The notes: generated from the letters alone by a model not told the origin. A DNA stretch of 64,000 nucleotides from Lama guanicoe (GCA_013239625.1 MU056000.1:12289175-12353174); one strand, 5' to 3'; counted from the stretch's first letter, positions 10,943 to 24,419 are shown. Made by a program: numbers and translations.

Positions 10943-11976
10943 CAGGGCCAGCTTCTTAGGCGTATGAGCTGTGCCCTTTCTCGGGGCCCCATGCTCAGAA
11001 GAGCTCACACTCAGAAAGGCCCGACGCTGAGAAAGGCCCCATATATGATTTAATTCTCTGTTGCCACCATCTTGAAATTCTTAATAATCCTGCCTTTGGA
11101 CTTGTGTTTTGTAAGTGAAGTCCAATAGGACAATGGCGTGTGTGAGCAGGGGAGACACGCCCAGTGTCCCTGTTCTCAGCCATTCCTTGTTGTCCCATTT
11201 GCATAGCGTGTTGATACTGACTCATGAGCACACATTTTTGGAAGACCAGGGTGCATGGGATTTGAGGGAGACTCCAAGTGAGCCCCGGGTAAGGGTGTTC
11301 CGTCTGTGACTGATGATAGCCCCAAGTGGCCTCACCTCTTTTTAAATCAAAACTTGCTTTGGGCACAGAAAGAAATCAATGATGTTTGAAGAAACAAGCC
11401 ACCAAGGAACCTATCATATCCTTTCTTATTCATGTCACTTCCCTTATTCACCCACTACTTGTGCTGAAAGTGATGATATAGAAGGAGAGGGAAAGACTGG
11501 TTACTTTTTCTTTCAACTCTTTCTTACTCATCATTAATTCAAGGACAGAAAGTGGTGGTTAAGACGTGTGTGCAACAAGAAGTGAAATTAAAAAGGTCCA
11601 GTGAGTTTTGTGCAGCATGCCCACTGCTCTTGTAAGAATAAAATATATATGATGTATGGACAAGCAGAGAAATATGAATTGTGTAATTTCTGTCAAACAC
11701 TCTGATATTTTATTTAAAATTAGAATTGTACAATATAAGGAAGGACAGTAAAATTCCTGCTAACAATTTACATTTTTAATTATTCTGTACTTAAATGATA
11801 TTAAAGAGCAAAGAAAAAAGACAAAAAACCACCAGAATGAGACGAGAGAGAATACAGAAGAGAGGAAAAAGCTTTTAATTTTAGGGCTTTTAGTGGTGCT
11901 TTTTTCTTCCCTTTTGAACAAAAGGTCACATATTTTCATCTTGCACTGGGCCCTGTAAATTATGTAGCCAGCCCTG
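10943..11976 (+). mobile_element. Full-length MER45B-like hAT-Tip100 non-autonomous element
   Basis: TIRs cagggccagct...agccagccctg; MER45 motifs ccatcttgaaattcttaataat and ttgcactgggccctgtaaattatgtagcc; 1034 bp. Confidence 0.85.
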
Positions 11977-13129
11977 ACAGCCTCCTGTCCTCAAACGCTA
12001 CGGCAGTAGTTTTAAGTGCAATTAGGGGACTAGGGGAGAGGTGAGATGGATCTTGAAGTGCCATGGTGTTATTTTAGGAAGGGTGGAGTTGACCGTGATT
12101 TCGTGAAGGAATGCACTTCAGAAAATAAATACACAGATGAAAGACCCTAGAGACCCAGGCTTTCATTATATACCATCTCAGCATTCTCATACGCAAATGA
12201 ATGACAGCTACCCTCACTAAAATAGGAAAGAGAGAGAGACGGGGCAGGCCAAGTCAGATCAGCTTCCTTTTTCAGAAATACACCACACAAATAAAGATTT
12301 ATAAATGGAAAAAAAAAAAGAATAATGCTAGGCTCTATATCACTGCTAATGTTATGAAAATAATTTTTTTTTCATCCAAAAATCCCATATAAACTTCCGT
12401 CTGATGGTCTGGTGGATATTTAAGAAGACTTTACTGTGATTGGCTGATTAATAAGATGAAAATAAACTCTATTGTCATGCCTCAGACTTTCAGATTTTTT
12501 CACATAAATATTTTATGGCAGTTCAAGGAAGCCAACACATATCAGAAATAGTCAGTATCAGAAATAATAGTTCTGCTCTCTTTTGACAGATTTTAAAAGT
12601 TTGTTTTCTTTAAAAGGTACTCTAAAAATAATATCAAATATTTTGGATTAGTGACTTTGAAGGGTGTTTTTTTCTCCCCTCATTTTTTCCTTTTGGAAAT
12701 TCTAAATACATCCTTCCCTGGAAAACTTGTTTTCTCAAGAGGGAAAACTAAAAGAAACAGTGATACTTCCCAAGTTTCTCTGATAATCTGCTGCTTTTAA
12801 TCTCCTATCAATTAAGACAGCCAGGTGACACTACAGAAGGCAATCAAGATGCATCTAGTCTTTACAACGTAAGTCAGGTTGAATCTATGCCATCTGTCAG
12901 AGAGAAAGAATTACAAAGGCATGCAACCTCACATTTTCAAGGAAGTTGCAGTCAAATTCCCCAAGCACTAGACAACATCTGTGCTACACTTAACTCATCA
13001 TGATTTCTCCTAACTCACATAGCAGTTTAGCAAGAAATAGGCACTTCTTTTTTATGTACTCTTGACCAGCAAATTAATTTATTGATTATTTATCTCTTTG
13101 CCCTTCCATACAAGAGGAAATCTTACATA

Positions 13130-13350
13130 GTATTAGAAACATTGATTGCACACTTATTTTATTCTGTGAAATTTACCTGAATTATGTAATTTCATCCTCC
13201 CATAACACTATAAGGTGGGTCCTATTATCCATTTTCTACAAGAGGAAATCACGGATTAGAGATGCAGCGGTTTGTCCATGCTCACAAAACTTGTATGTGA
13301 TAAAGACAGAATTCGAACCCTGGTACTTCGATGTCACACAGGAGTCTGCT
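13130..13350 (-). mobile_element. MIR
   Basis: ctataaggtgggtcctattatccattttctacaagaggaaatc...gaattcgaaccc. Confidence 0.75.
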
Positions 13351-14237
13351 AAAGTTCCACAATTTGGACAGCTACTGTTTAGAGATTAAGATTGGAAAAG
13401 AGGCTTCTGCTTGAATCTCTCCTCCTTCTCTTCACCAGGATGACTGCATGCTTGGATACCTGCAACATTTGAATTTTGAAAGACACTGGAGCAGAAGTAA
13501 AATACAGTAAGATATGACCAGTCCAGTGTCACTTGTCTCTGCTGGGGATTTTTGTATTCAAACTAACATCACTGAAAAGAACTGGACTGGAGAATTTCTC
13601 TTTGCTGACCCAAGTATCAGGAGATGGTCTAATAGTGTCCAATGTTTTCGGAAGTCTCAGAAAATACAAACTGATAATACTTACACAAACTTTTGTACAT
13701 TTTTAAAATATTGATGATCCAGGAATAGTTAGTGAATGTATTGCTCACCCCAAGCTGGCTCGGATTTCCTAAGAAAAAGGTTGCCACACTAAACTAATTT
13801 TTAAAGGGCTGCTAGCATCATAACAGATATATTCTGCCATCCTGGATACCCTACTTTGAAAACTCCATGGCTGATGGCTAAAATGAAGAAACACAGCCTG
13901 AATGGTACTGCATCTATATGTACCAGAGAATCAAAGTTTTATCGTTGGGTCAGTGTCAATCTTGGGACAGTTTCAAATGACAAGCCAGAGGTTGATGCAT
14001 TTGCCTTTGCCCTACTAAACTTTTTTCAAATCTGTCATTCTGACAAAAACACCGAAGAAATGTTTACCAGATTTTAAAATGATCAAGTATCCATCATACA
14101 GCATAATTGGATCAAGATTCCTAGACATTGTGAAAGCCTTGAAGACTTGGCCACTACAGAAAAGATGAAATTTAACGGGAATAAATGAGGGAGTCTCTGT
14201 TTAGATTTTAAAAATAAACTCATCTATAGAAAGAGCT

Positions 14238-14597
14238 TGTATCAGTCAGGATAGACTAGATTATGTTGCAGTAACAAATTACCCCCAGAACTCCAGTTAT
14301 TTAGCAACAAGATTTTATTGCTCGATTACCTTAAACATCCACAGTGGATCATCTGGGAGCTTTGCTCTACATTTTCCTCACTCTGGGATCCAGGCGATGG
14401 AAACTGCCATGTGAACATTGCTGATTACAGTCACAGAGGAAAATTTTTAATTACCTCTTAAAGCTCCCAGAGAAGTACCATGTCATCTCACTTCACCTTG
14501 CCAAGGAAGTCACAAGACCACATCTCACTCCAGAGGGGGAGGGAAGTGCACCTACCAGGTGCATAGCAGGAGGAGAACAATCCTAATTAGTATCCAA
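14238..14597 (-). mobile_element. MLT1J/L-like solo LTR inserted in L3
   Basis: tgtatcagtcaggatagactagattatgttgcagtaacaaa; gccaaggaagtcacaagaccacatct. Confidence 0.8.
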
Positions 14598-14704
14598 GGT
14601 TAGGCTCAGCAGAACAGTGGAAAATACTGTGAGTGTTTGGCTGGTGGCAAAACTCGGTAGATGAAAAAGTTAACCCAGTCTTAGGGTGTATTAATTGCGG
14701 TATC

Positions 14705-15018
14705 TCTGGTAGGCTGAATAAAAGGGATTTTGCATCTATGACTACATTAAGAATTTTGAGATGGGAAGATTATCCTGGATTATCTGTGCAGGCCTTAAAT
14801 GTAATCACAAGTGTCCTTGTATAAGACAGAAACAGGGAGACTGGAGTGATGAACTTTGAAGATGAAGGAAGGAACCAGCTTTGTAGACACTTTGGTTATA
14901 GTTCTGCAAAATTGATTCTACACTTCTAACTTCCAGAAAGATAAGATAGTAAATTTGTGTTGTTTTAAGCCACTACATTTGTGATCATTTGTTTTAGCAG
15001 CCGTAGGAAACTGATACG
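14705..15018 (+). mobile_element. MLT1D-like solo LTR inserted in L3
   Basis: ttgagatgggaagattatcctggattatc, aatgtaatcacaagtgtcctt, ends gcagccgtaggaaactgatac. Confidence 0.85.
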
Positions 15019-15827
15019 GAATCTAAAGCAAAGTTCCTTCATTTCCAGATGAAACAATCAGAATAATCCAGAGGCCCAATAACAGATCACACTCAGAGTT
15101 GTGGAAACTGCCTGGGGTGTTTAACTAGAAAAAGGGAATACAACAGAGGCTTTCATAGACACAGGTTGTCTCGTACACGTGGGTGGGGCCTGCTTTTTGT
15201 GGAGACAGAAGCTAGAACTTAATCAGTGAGTTAGAGGATTTGGCTCACATCAAGAATGAAGCTTGTTCAGCATTAGAATATGCTGTCTCGGTGCTACTGG
15301 ATGGAGATTCAAAGACGCTGGATTACCCACTGGTTAAGGATACTATCAGAGAGAGTCCTGCATTGGGTGGGAAATTTGGAAGAATAACTTCTTCCTGAAA
15401 GAAGTCCCTTCCATGATTGTTTTTTTTCCTCTCCTCTATCTGGACCTGATAGTTACTGGATGAGCCACCCATTGGGTTTTTCACAGCTGTGGGAGGTCCT
15501 GGGGCTATGCTAAAAGGGAGCTCACTGTTGGCCCACTGGTTGGTAGAGGCGAGGGTCAAAGGGAACATGTGTAGTTCAGATTAGAAGGTCAATCCAAACA
15601 TCTGGAAGCAGAAAGTTGCCCATTTAGAGCACTGAGAAGGAGCAGCTTCGGCAGAAGAATGGTGAGTGTGAGTAAGACGTTGTCTTAGGTAAACTGAGGT
15701 TCAAATGAGTCAAAATGGAAGGGTGGAGAGTTCTGGAGTGAACCCAGTGAATAATCCCATGTAGTTTTAAATCCCATGGTCAACTGTATGTCTTAAGATT
15801 TAAGGCTAGATGTTGGTAGGGGGATGG

Positions 15828-15935
15828 GAGGAAGGGTATAGCTCAGTGGTAGAGCATATGTTTAGCATGCCCGAGGTCTAGGTTCAATCCCCAGTCCCTC
15901 TATTAAAATAAATAAATAAATAATCCGATTACCTC
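15828..15935 (+). mobile_element. Vic-1-type SINE
   Basis: gggtatagctcagtggtagagcatatgtttagcatgcccgaggtctaggttcaatccccagt plus an aaataaataaa..gattacctc tail. Confidence 0.9.
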
Positions 15936-15939
15936 TTAA

Positions 15940-17500
15940 AGGGACCTCACAGCCTGGCGTCCCTCTTCCCTCTGTGCCTTTGCAGTCTATTTTCCTGACT
16001 CCATCTCCTCCAGCCACCCTTTGAGCTCATGTTTCTCTGAGAAATACAATCATCGTAATCACCTGGTGCTGTTTAATAATGCCAGGGTCATGGAGGTGTC
16101 GCTTGAGAATCTCAGCTCTTAGTTTCCTAGCTGAATCCTTTTCTCCTTAAATTTGAATATCCAGTACTGTAAATACTAACACTCTCTGAAATTCTACCCC
16201 TATAATCTCTTCCTTCTTCTTTTATGCTCTTGCTAGCCCATCACCTGGCATGTGGTAAATAGATAAAATATTTGTGAAATGAATGAATACTGTCAACCAA
16301 AGCTACAGCTTCAGCTGTCGCCTCGTGTTGATGAGGGCTCCTTAATTCACCTCTCTGTAGTCACTTCTCTTCTGAGCCCTGGATCAGACTCCCAACTGCC
16401 AATCATACAACGGATACCCAAACTTGACAACTTTTTGCAGATCTAAGCTTATTATCTTTTCTCTATAATTCCTTTCTCTCATACAAATGCATTCCTTCTT
16501 CAATTTTTCCTGAGTTAGCATGGTCACCAGCTACCTTGTGTTTCAAGAAAAGAAAATTGAAATCTTACTTTATTCAACCTCATTCTCACTGGGGTTTCCA
16601 TCAACCCCAAATCCTACTATAACAATAGCTCCTGATTCTGTCCTTTGTCTTTCATTCCTCACTACAATTATCTTAGCTCAAATCTGTGGGTTTTTTTGTT
16701 GCCAGGAAAGCTGCAAGAGTCTCATAATTAATCCTTCAGCTTCTGATCTCTTCCCACTCCAGTCATGTTCATCACTGACACAAGAATAAATGTTCTAAAA
16801 GCACATTGGATCCCATCAGCTCCCTCTCCTTTTTGATAAGATGACTTCCAGATTCTCTAGGATGCTGAACAAAACTCTTCACAGCCTGTTTTCAGCCTAT
16901 TCTAATTCTGTCTCCCCTCCACCCTCAAGCACACATGCACCTTGTGGCCGGTCTGGGGTTTTTTTTGGGGGGGGGGAAGGGGGTAATTAGTTTTAATTAA
17001 TGAATGAATTAATTAAATGGAGGTGCTGGGGATTGAACCCAGGACCTCATGCATGCTAAGCATGCACTCTACCACTCAGCTTTACCTTCCCCATCATAGC
17101 CTGTCACGTTGAGCATCTCATGGTCCAGGACTGAGCCAGCCCTTTGACACCTACCTGCCTTCAAACATGCTGAGTCTTTTGCCTTAACTACTTAACTCTT
17201 TCTCTGCCTGGCACTTTAAGACCAGTTCAAAGACCATCTCCCCTGGATATGTTTTTAAGTGAGGATATGCATATTTATCCATAGTTTTCTCTGTTCCCAG
17301 CATCTGTTCATGCCTCTATTATATTACAGTATTGCATCGAATAGAAACTAGCTATGTACCTGCTGCCTCCCCCAATAGACTATGATCTTCTAAGAAAAGA
17401 GGTCATGTCTGTTTCATCTTTGCATTTCCAGTGCCCAGCGTAGAGCCTGTTACATTATATAGTAGCTTCTAAGTAAATGTTTCCAGAATTAATCAATCAA
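15940..17500 (+). mobile_element. Two tandem L2 3' fragments (about 15940-16290 and 16310-17500)
   Basis: L2 tails aaatatttgtgaaatgaatgaat and tagactatgatcttc...cagtgcccagcgtagagcctg. Confidence 0.7.
16958..17092 (-). mobile_element. Vic-1-type SINE inserted in L2
   Basis: ggtaattag...atggaggtgctggggattgaacccaggacctcatgcatgctaagcatgcactctaccactcagct. Confidence 0.9.
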
Positions 17501-20029
17501 AATCAGAGCTGATTTCAGAGAAAGGCCTAAAACGGTTCATCATAAAGACCATCTAACACCAGTGTCAAGTGATCATGCCTTTGGATAATCTCACCAAAGT
17601 CTCCAGAATCATAAATTTATTCCATTTCTCCTTCCATACTTGGGAAAGATGAAAATCAGATATTTTAATCTTATTTGAAGACTTAACCTTGCCTAGAACT
17701 TTCTATATCTGACTATTGTTCCAAGTCACAAGAGAATTTTTTTTTATTAAGTCTTATCCTTAGAGAGAGTTTAGCATAGCAACAGTAGGCCAAGCTATGA
17801 ATAATTACAATGGATGATGAAAGGCTTGTTTAGTACAGTTAACGATTAACTATGAATAGATTCAGTATGAATTAAGACTGCCAGCTTTTCCATGGGGGCT
17901 GCAACTGCCTAAACTTTCTCCCTGTTCTGAAAGACCTTTCCTGGAACTGGTATTTTATTCCTTCATAACTGCCTCTGTGCCCACTGGGAGATCATGCTTT
18001 TGGTGACAGCAATCAAAGAAAGAGAATCCTCTGCTTGGAATTACACAGTCCCTCTACCGGTCCAGGGGTGACTCAAAATTTGGTCTTGGGAAAGACAGAG
18101 TAGTGACTTTAGACTGTAGACTCTCCCTCTAGTCTATTTCCTCAAGGAATGGATAAACAATAATAAAAACCAGCAAAACAACAACAACAACAAATGTACT
18201 TTCAATAACCAAACTGGGGAAAAGGTATAACCTCATGTCATTACCTACAAAGTGGGACTGGGTGACAAGCCGGGGAACAGAAGATTCTGGTGTGGTTTCG
18301 TTCAGCCTCTAAAAATGTTCATCAAGCTTCTGCACCTTAGAGAGAAGGGGACTTAGGAGGTAGGTCCAGGAAAAGATAAGGAAAAGGTAACAGGAGCCAA
18401 GGCTCTATCTGACCACTCCAGAGGTTAGCAGGGAACAAAGAATATGTCAAGCTTTTCTGTTTTCTGGGACTCATCACTGAACCATGGGGCTAAGCCACGT
18501 CTTGCAGGAACCTCCATGAACATAGGCTACCTCCCCAACTGGACAGTGTGATCCTTGGCACAGAATATTTAATATGAACCCAGACAGGAGAGCAGAGCCC
18601 AGGTATTGGGTTTAGATGATATTTATATCTTAATTTCTGTATTCTTCATCGCTTACATGTTTTATAATGAGTACCTTTAAAAAAATAAAAGAATAAAGTG
18701 ACTTAAGAAAAAGAAAGAAGCCCATAAAAAACCAAATCTTGAGAAAACCCTCCTTGGTTTTTCCCTTGGATCCTCGGAGGGAAGGGATTTCAGCTTGCCA
18801 ATCAAAAACTAGCTCTCCCATGGACTCATTAAAGAGACTCATCGCTTTGTGAGCTTTTTTCCCTTTCAGAGTAAACAGAGAGTTTGCTAGCACTTACTTA
18901 ATCCAATTCCTTTCAGAGACTTGAGAGATTGGGACTTAGAATTGGTGAATGAAGAAAATGCTTGAAAAAGTCTCCAAAGAAGTAGTCATACAGATTTTTT
19001 TTCAAGGACAAGCACATTTGGGAAGTGACTTAGATTTTTCATATTGTCCTACTGGTGTTTCCGCTTCTTCCTTAACCCCAGAGTTGGAGCGACAAACTCT
19101 CCTACCAGTTTCATTGCCAAAGTCAGATTTCCTGCTGGGAGCTTAGTCCCTGTCTCCTCTCTTCCCTCAGAGCCTCAGGTTGCCTTGGCTCCATGCATCC
19201 CTCACAACGCTTTTCTGCCTGCAAGGCAGCACTGTTGCAGGTGTCAAAAGCATTGCATGGACCTGACACCAGCTACAGGAGGCATAGATGACCAAATGAT
19301 TTACATACGAGAAAATGCTAATGTAACTGTTTCAAACTAAGTCCTATTAATAAATAGTAAAACCATAACATTCTAGGTGGTAAGATTTATATTCTTTACA
19401 ATCTTCTTTATTTTCCAAAATTTGCATAATGGGTACATGTTATTTATACAGCCAGAAAAAAAATATATATAATTTTAAATTAAATAAGGGATTCTGAGGG
19501 GATTTTAAAAACATTTATATCCCCAATCCCTCCCTACCCCCACTACAACAAAAAAACTGAATTAATTTCTTCTTTAAAAGTTATTTCTTAAATGAGGCCA
19601 ACTGGTTAAGAAGGAAATATAGAACAAATAAAAGGAAATAACTTCTTCATGTGGCTCGTGGTCAGATAGAGGCATCTGCTGTCACAGAAGGTCAGATGGT
19701 CAAATGCAGGATGAGCTGAAAGGCCAGTGAAATGAAGGCATTTTCAGGGGGTGATGGCTGCAGGAAGGGGAGGGGTCTGGAAGAAGGCAGGCCAGGGCTG
19801 CTGTAACCATCAGCTGTAAGAGGAGACAAGGTGTCCAGTTTTAGGGCAAAGAAGGGTTTCAGCTTGAACGGAACATTCTCCCGGCCTTGATTTCAATATT
19901 CAGAATAAGATCCTATGATACATTGCTCATTAAAAACTAAAGCTACAGTTGTTTTAGTGCCATGTTTGACCTTTGGTCTGCCTGGTGGACTCACAGTGAT
20001 GAACCACTTTGGGGTCATAGTCATTGGTG

Positions 20030-21050
20030 GATGCACTTGGGTACTGACTGAGTTGAAGGCACTGTGCCAGGCGTGGAAAACATAAAAGCAAATCAGAAGG
20101 CAAGAGTTCAGAGTCCACCAAGGAAAACAGATATGTAAAAAAATAATTACAGAACAACCCATTAACACTGTGCTCCTAGCGAGGATAAAGCTCCATGGGA
20201 ACCTGGAAGTAATTAATTTTGCCAAGTTGGAGACCCAGACATGTGTTATCTGAAACTTTCCTAAGGTGAGAATCATCCTGCGACACTTTGTGGAGAAACA
20301 GATTCCTTGATTCCAACCCAGACCTGCAGAATGAGAAGGTCATGGGGAAGACTGGGAATCTGATTACAAAACAATTATCTTAAAGGATTGTTACCCAAGG
20401 GCCATTTTTGGAAGCTTGGGTGAGTAAGAGCCTGTCAGGTGAAACAAGGAGCAGAGCTTACCCAGGATAAAGAAGAGCCTCTCAAACTTTCTGTGTGCAC
20501 AGCAATTGCCCAGGGCTGGGTTGAAATGCGGATTTTGATTTGGTAGTTCTGGGTTGGGGCTATGACTCCATTTCTAAGCAGCTCCAGGTTATGGCAAGTC
20601 TGCTGGTCAGCCAACCGCACAGGCCCGCTCGTTGCCTTTATAAGAAAGCACAAACACTTAATCTGTATACAAGAGCCTCTGCGATCCAACCTCTCTCACC
20701 TCTCTGGTCTAATCTTTTCCTCCCCATCCTGTATTCTGTCCTGACAGACTCACCTGTGTTTTGTCTACAAACCTTTGCAAGTACCTTGTCTTCCACTCAC
20801 CCTCTTTTTCAGATAGAGGCATTCTTTAGGTCCCATTTTACCAGCATTTCGTTCAGGAAACATCACCTGATGCCCCCGCATCTGGGGTAGGCACCCCTCT
20901 GGAGCCTTCTGACAGCATCTTTTACTCTGAATTGGTTGGTAATAGCATGTGAGCCTTTCTGACTCAACTGTGAGATGTTTCTCTATTCCCAGTCTAGCTG
21001 TGAGGAACTGCTTCATCAATAAATGTTCATGAATTGAATTAAATTAAATC
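20030..21050. mobile_element. Cluster: L2 (20030-20210, -), MER5B-like (20245-20420), MER5A-like (20472-20625), L2 (20630-21050, +)
   Basis: ggcactgtgccaggc; cagattccttgattccaacccagacctgcagaat; ctctcaaactttctgtgtgcac...catttctaagcagctccagg; tcaataaatgttcatgaattgaatt. Confidence 0.6.
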
Positions 21051-21229
21051 ATCTCAACCAGACTGAAAAGCATTTGCAAAGGCTCAGTCACTTGAAAGTT
21101 GTGCAAGATGTTTTGGGGACCCCAGTGACAGTGCAGTATGAGTGCGCTGAAGGGAAAGGTAACTAATAATATAGCAGGTGGGAGGGCCCTTGTGGGCCAC
21201 GGAGCTGACTGCACAGGCTGCAGTGAGGA

Positions 21230-21392
21230 CCTCGGGTTTAACCTTTCGAGTCATGGAACCTTCGAGAATCTGATGAGAGCTATAGAGCCTAACCCTGAAA
21301 AATCCTCATACAAACAAAAAGATCAATAAACAATTTTGCAGTTCACTTCAGGGAGTTTAGAAGCCTGAGGCCCCCAGGTTAAGAATTTTGAT
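21230..21392. mobile_element. MER103C-like hAT-Charlie MITE
   Basis: cttcgagaatctgatgagagctatagagcc...cccccaggttaagaa. Confidence 0.75.
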
Positions 21393-21489
21393 CTTGAAGG
21401 AGCTCCTGTAGGAAAGTGTGTCTTGGCAGAAGAGGATGGATTAAATCAGGACAAGGGGCTGCTTTAAAATAAAGTTATTGGAACCTAAC

Positions 21490-22548
21490 TACTGACTGGG
21501 AAAAAAAAAAAAAGGAACAACCTCGAAGTTGAGAATTATGTCTTATTCTGAGGACTTAAGCCCTGGAGGCAGCCTCTCAGATGAGTCTGAGGGACTGATC
21601 CAAAGAGATAAGGGAGGAGCCAGGATATATAGGAGTTTTTGCAACAAAAACCAGGTAGTTGGAACATCAAAAGATTACTGTTAGTAATCCCACTCCTGGG
21701 CATATATCCAGAAGGAACCCTACTTCAAAAAGACACCTGCACCCCAATGTTCATAGCAGCACTATTTACAATAGCCAAGACATGGAAACAGCCTAAATGT
21801 CCATCAACAGATGATTGGATAAAGAAGATGTGGTATATTTATACAATGGAATACTATTCAGCCCTAAAAAGTGACAACATAATGCCATTTGCAGCAACAT
21901 GAATGTCCGTGGAGAATGTCATTCTAAGTGAAGTAAGCCAGAAAGAGAAAGAAAAATATCATACAAGATCACTCATATGTGGAATCTAAAAAAAAAAAGA
22001 ACATAAATACAAAACAGAAACAGACTCATAGACATAGAATACAAACTTGTGGTTGCCAAGGGGGTGGTGAGTGGGAAGGGACAGACTGGGATTTCAAAAT
22101 GTAGAATAGATAAAACAAGATTATACTATATAGCACAGGGAAGTATATACAAGATCTTGTGGTAGCTCACAGCAAAAACAATGTGACAGTGAATATATGT
22201 ATGTTCATGTATGGCTGAAAAATTGTGCTCTACACTGGAATCTGACACAACATTGTAAAGTGACTATAACTCAATAAAAAATGTTAAAAAATTACTGTTA
22301 AAGAAAATCAAACATCTCAAGTTAATGAATTTAGTGCTTTTCTCTGTATGGGAAGATGCAGGAGTCTTAGTGAAATCATTCTTTTGCTATGTACCTTAGC
22401 TCTCTAGGGCCAATGTCCCATTTTTCTCCATCCTGAATCACCGCACAGTGTAGGGGGGTGCGGGAGGGGGGCGGCTGCAGTGGCTGATGGCTTGGTGGCC
22501 ACAACATCCTTTGTTCACTCATATGGCAGGCGACGTTTTGCATATACA
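21490..22548 (-). mobile_element. ERV1-type solo LTR (family A), interrupted by L1
   Basis: Homologous along its length to 55481-55941 (agcctctcagat, taagggaggagccaggatata, tgcagtggctgatggctt). Confidence 0.85.
21684..22290 (+). mobile_element. 5'-truncated lineage-specific L1 with TSD
   Basis: [40 protein letters not shown], 3' UTR and AATAAA. TSD attactgtta at 21674-21683 and 22291-22300. Confidence 0.95.
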
Positions 22549-22774
22549 CAGCCATCCCGTTCATTTATGTATTGTCTGGCTGTTCTGGAGCTTCAAGGAC
22601 AGGGTTGAATAGTTGTGGTAGGAAACTTACAGGCTGGAAAACCTCAGATGATCCTAACTGACTCTTTACAGAAAATACTTGCTGACCCTTGAATTAACGT
22701 GTAGGAGGAGCATGACCAGGGAGGGAACTGGGGATATATTTGCACTAGGTTTTCTACATACATTCTACTGTTGG

Positions 22775-23008
22775 TTTCTTTTCTTTTCTTTCTTTCTCCC
22801 TTCCTACCTTCCTCTCTTTCTTTCTTTCTCCCTCCCTCCCTTTCTTTTTTCTTTTCTTTTCTTTTCTTTTCTTTTCTTTTCCTTTCCTTTCCCTCCCTTC
22901 CTTCCTTTCTTTTTTTCTTTTTTTTTTTCTTTTTTTTTTTTTTTCTTTCTTTCTTTCTTTCTCTTTCTTTCTTTCTTTCCTTTCCCTCCTTCCTTCCTTC
23001 CTTCCTTC

Positions 23009-23058
<50 letters not shown>

Positions 23059-23061
23059 GTC

Positions 23062-23128
<67 letters not shown>

Positions 23129-23169
23129 CTTTCTTTATTTCTTTCTCTCTCTCTCTTTCTCTCTTTCTC
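22775..23169. repeat. Compound polypyrimidine microsatellite (CTTTT/CCTT/CTTT/CT)
   Basis: 395 bp with only three purines. Confidence 0.97.
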
Positions 23170-23229
23170 AGTTTAATTGCAGGACTGAAGACCTAGGATC
23201 CATCCTTTCTCCACTCTTTCCACAAAGAG

Positions 23230-23425
23230 GTGGGTGGCAGCTGTCAGACACATTGGGTGAGCCTCCTCTGGGGCCTTAGGTCAATTTCTTAGCAACTCAA
23301 TGCCTCAATTTCCTCTTTTGTAGTGTAGAATAACAGATGCTCATTTTCCCCAGAGGACTTGCGAAGGTTAAATGATGTACTGCAGGCCTGGCAGGTAGCT
23401 GGTTCCCACAAAATGTTAGTTATGC
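23230..23425 (+). mobile_element. MIR
   Basis: tgcctcaatttcctcttttgtagtgtagaataa...gaaggttaaatga. Confidence 0.65.
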
Positions 23426-23665
23426 CCAGTGCTGGCATCTGAAAGAAGTCACGCAGGGTGGCTTTTGCTCGGCCTGGGTCTCCCTATAAAGGACTCCGTT
23501 TACAACATAATTCAGCCCACAGCTCACTGCCCGGTGCTGTGTTTGGTTTGAATAAAATCTTGGCTAATGATTGGATCAATGAATGATGCATGGTGAGAGC
23601 TTTTCATAAATTTCAGAGGATGGAAATGTCTTGTAATGAGTTATCTGAGAATCCCATATAATTTC

Positions 23666-23871
23666 TTTTTTTTCTTTAATTTATTGAAGTATAGTCAGTT
23701 ACAATGTGGCCATTTCTGGAGTACAGCATAATGATTCAGTCATACATATAAACACCTATATTCATTTTCATATTTTTTTTGTTATATGTTACTACAAGAT
23801 ATTGAATACAGTTCCCTGTGCTATACAGAAGAAATCTGGTTTTTAATTTATTTTATATATAGTAGTTAATG
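23666..23871 (-). mobile_element. Short L1 3' tail with TSD
   Basis: tttattgaagtatagt...agttccctgtgctatacag; TSD tataatttc at 23657-23665 and 23872-23880. Confidence 0.85.
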
Positions 23872-24419
23872 TATAATTTCATACCTTTCAAAATCCAATG
23901 CTTGGAATGTAGGGATCATCAAAACATCAACCATTCTGGAGTAGATCATATTGAGGTGAGAAACAAATAATGCAAAGGATAATTAACTTCCAAATCTTAA
24001 ATAAAGAGGAAACCTTCACTGAAGAGGTGAGGCAGGTATGCGCCTCTGACAAGGAAATTCACTGTTTTCATTTACCCGACCTCCTGCCCTTTTACGTCCT
24101 CCTGCCCCACATGTCAGCCATAATTCACTTCATTCCCATCAGAAATGTTTAAAGAACCCTTTGTAACAAGGCTGCAGTTGTAGACTGGAATACAATTTAT
24201 CTCTTAAACCCTCATAGAGACCTTTTGTTTTCTGCCTCCTCCTAGTCTCTCGGCATGGATGTTGAAACAATTTATGAGATGTGCTTGCATTTCCTCTTTT
24301 TTTGTTTCTCTTAGATCCTTTATTCATGGTTCCCAAGCATTTCAACATATTAACTCTTCTTAGAGGATTTATTTTTGTTTGAACCTTTGGGGTCATTTCA
24401 TATTAATTTCTCTCTTTCT

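Larger units (their letters stand above)
13500..15420 (+). mobile_element. L3/CR1 LINE fossil (RT domain to 3' end), split by two MaLR LTRs
   Basis: Colinear CR1-RT-like peptides: NITEKNWTGE..RRWSNSVQCFRK, MAKMKKHSLNG, LLNFF..DKNTEEMFTRF, KMKFNGNK, KVNPVLGCINCGI; CR1/MIR3-like tail at 15300-15420. Confidence 0.8.
21420..22690 (+). mobile_element. MER58A split by an ERV1 LTR
   Basis: aaataaagttattggaac on the left joins cagccatcccgttcatttatgtattgtct...tttacagaaaatacttgctgaccct on the right. Confidence 0.75.

Noticed and set aside
15828..15905. tRNA-Ala gene (likewise 1620-1695, 5697-5775, 17016-17092)
   Set aside because: Stem mismatches, A-rich tails and TSDs identify these as tRNA-derived SINEs.
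18080..18620. Possible old L1 5' region
   Set aside because: Resemblance too weak to assign without a Dfam search.
22679..23196. 165-aa and 141-aa Phe/Ser/Leu-rich ORFs
   Set aside because: Translations of the polypyrimidine microsatellite.
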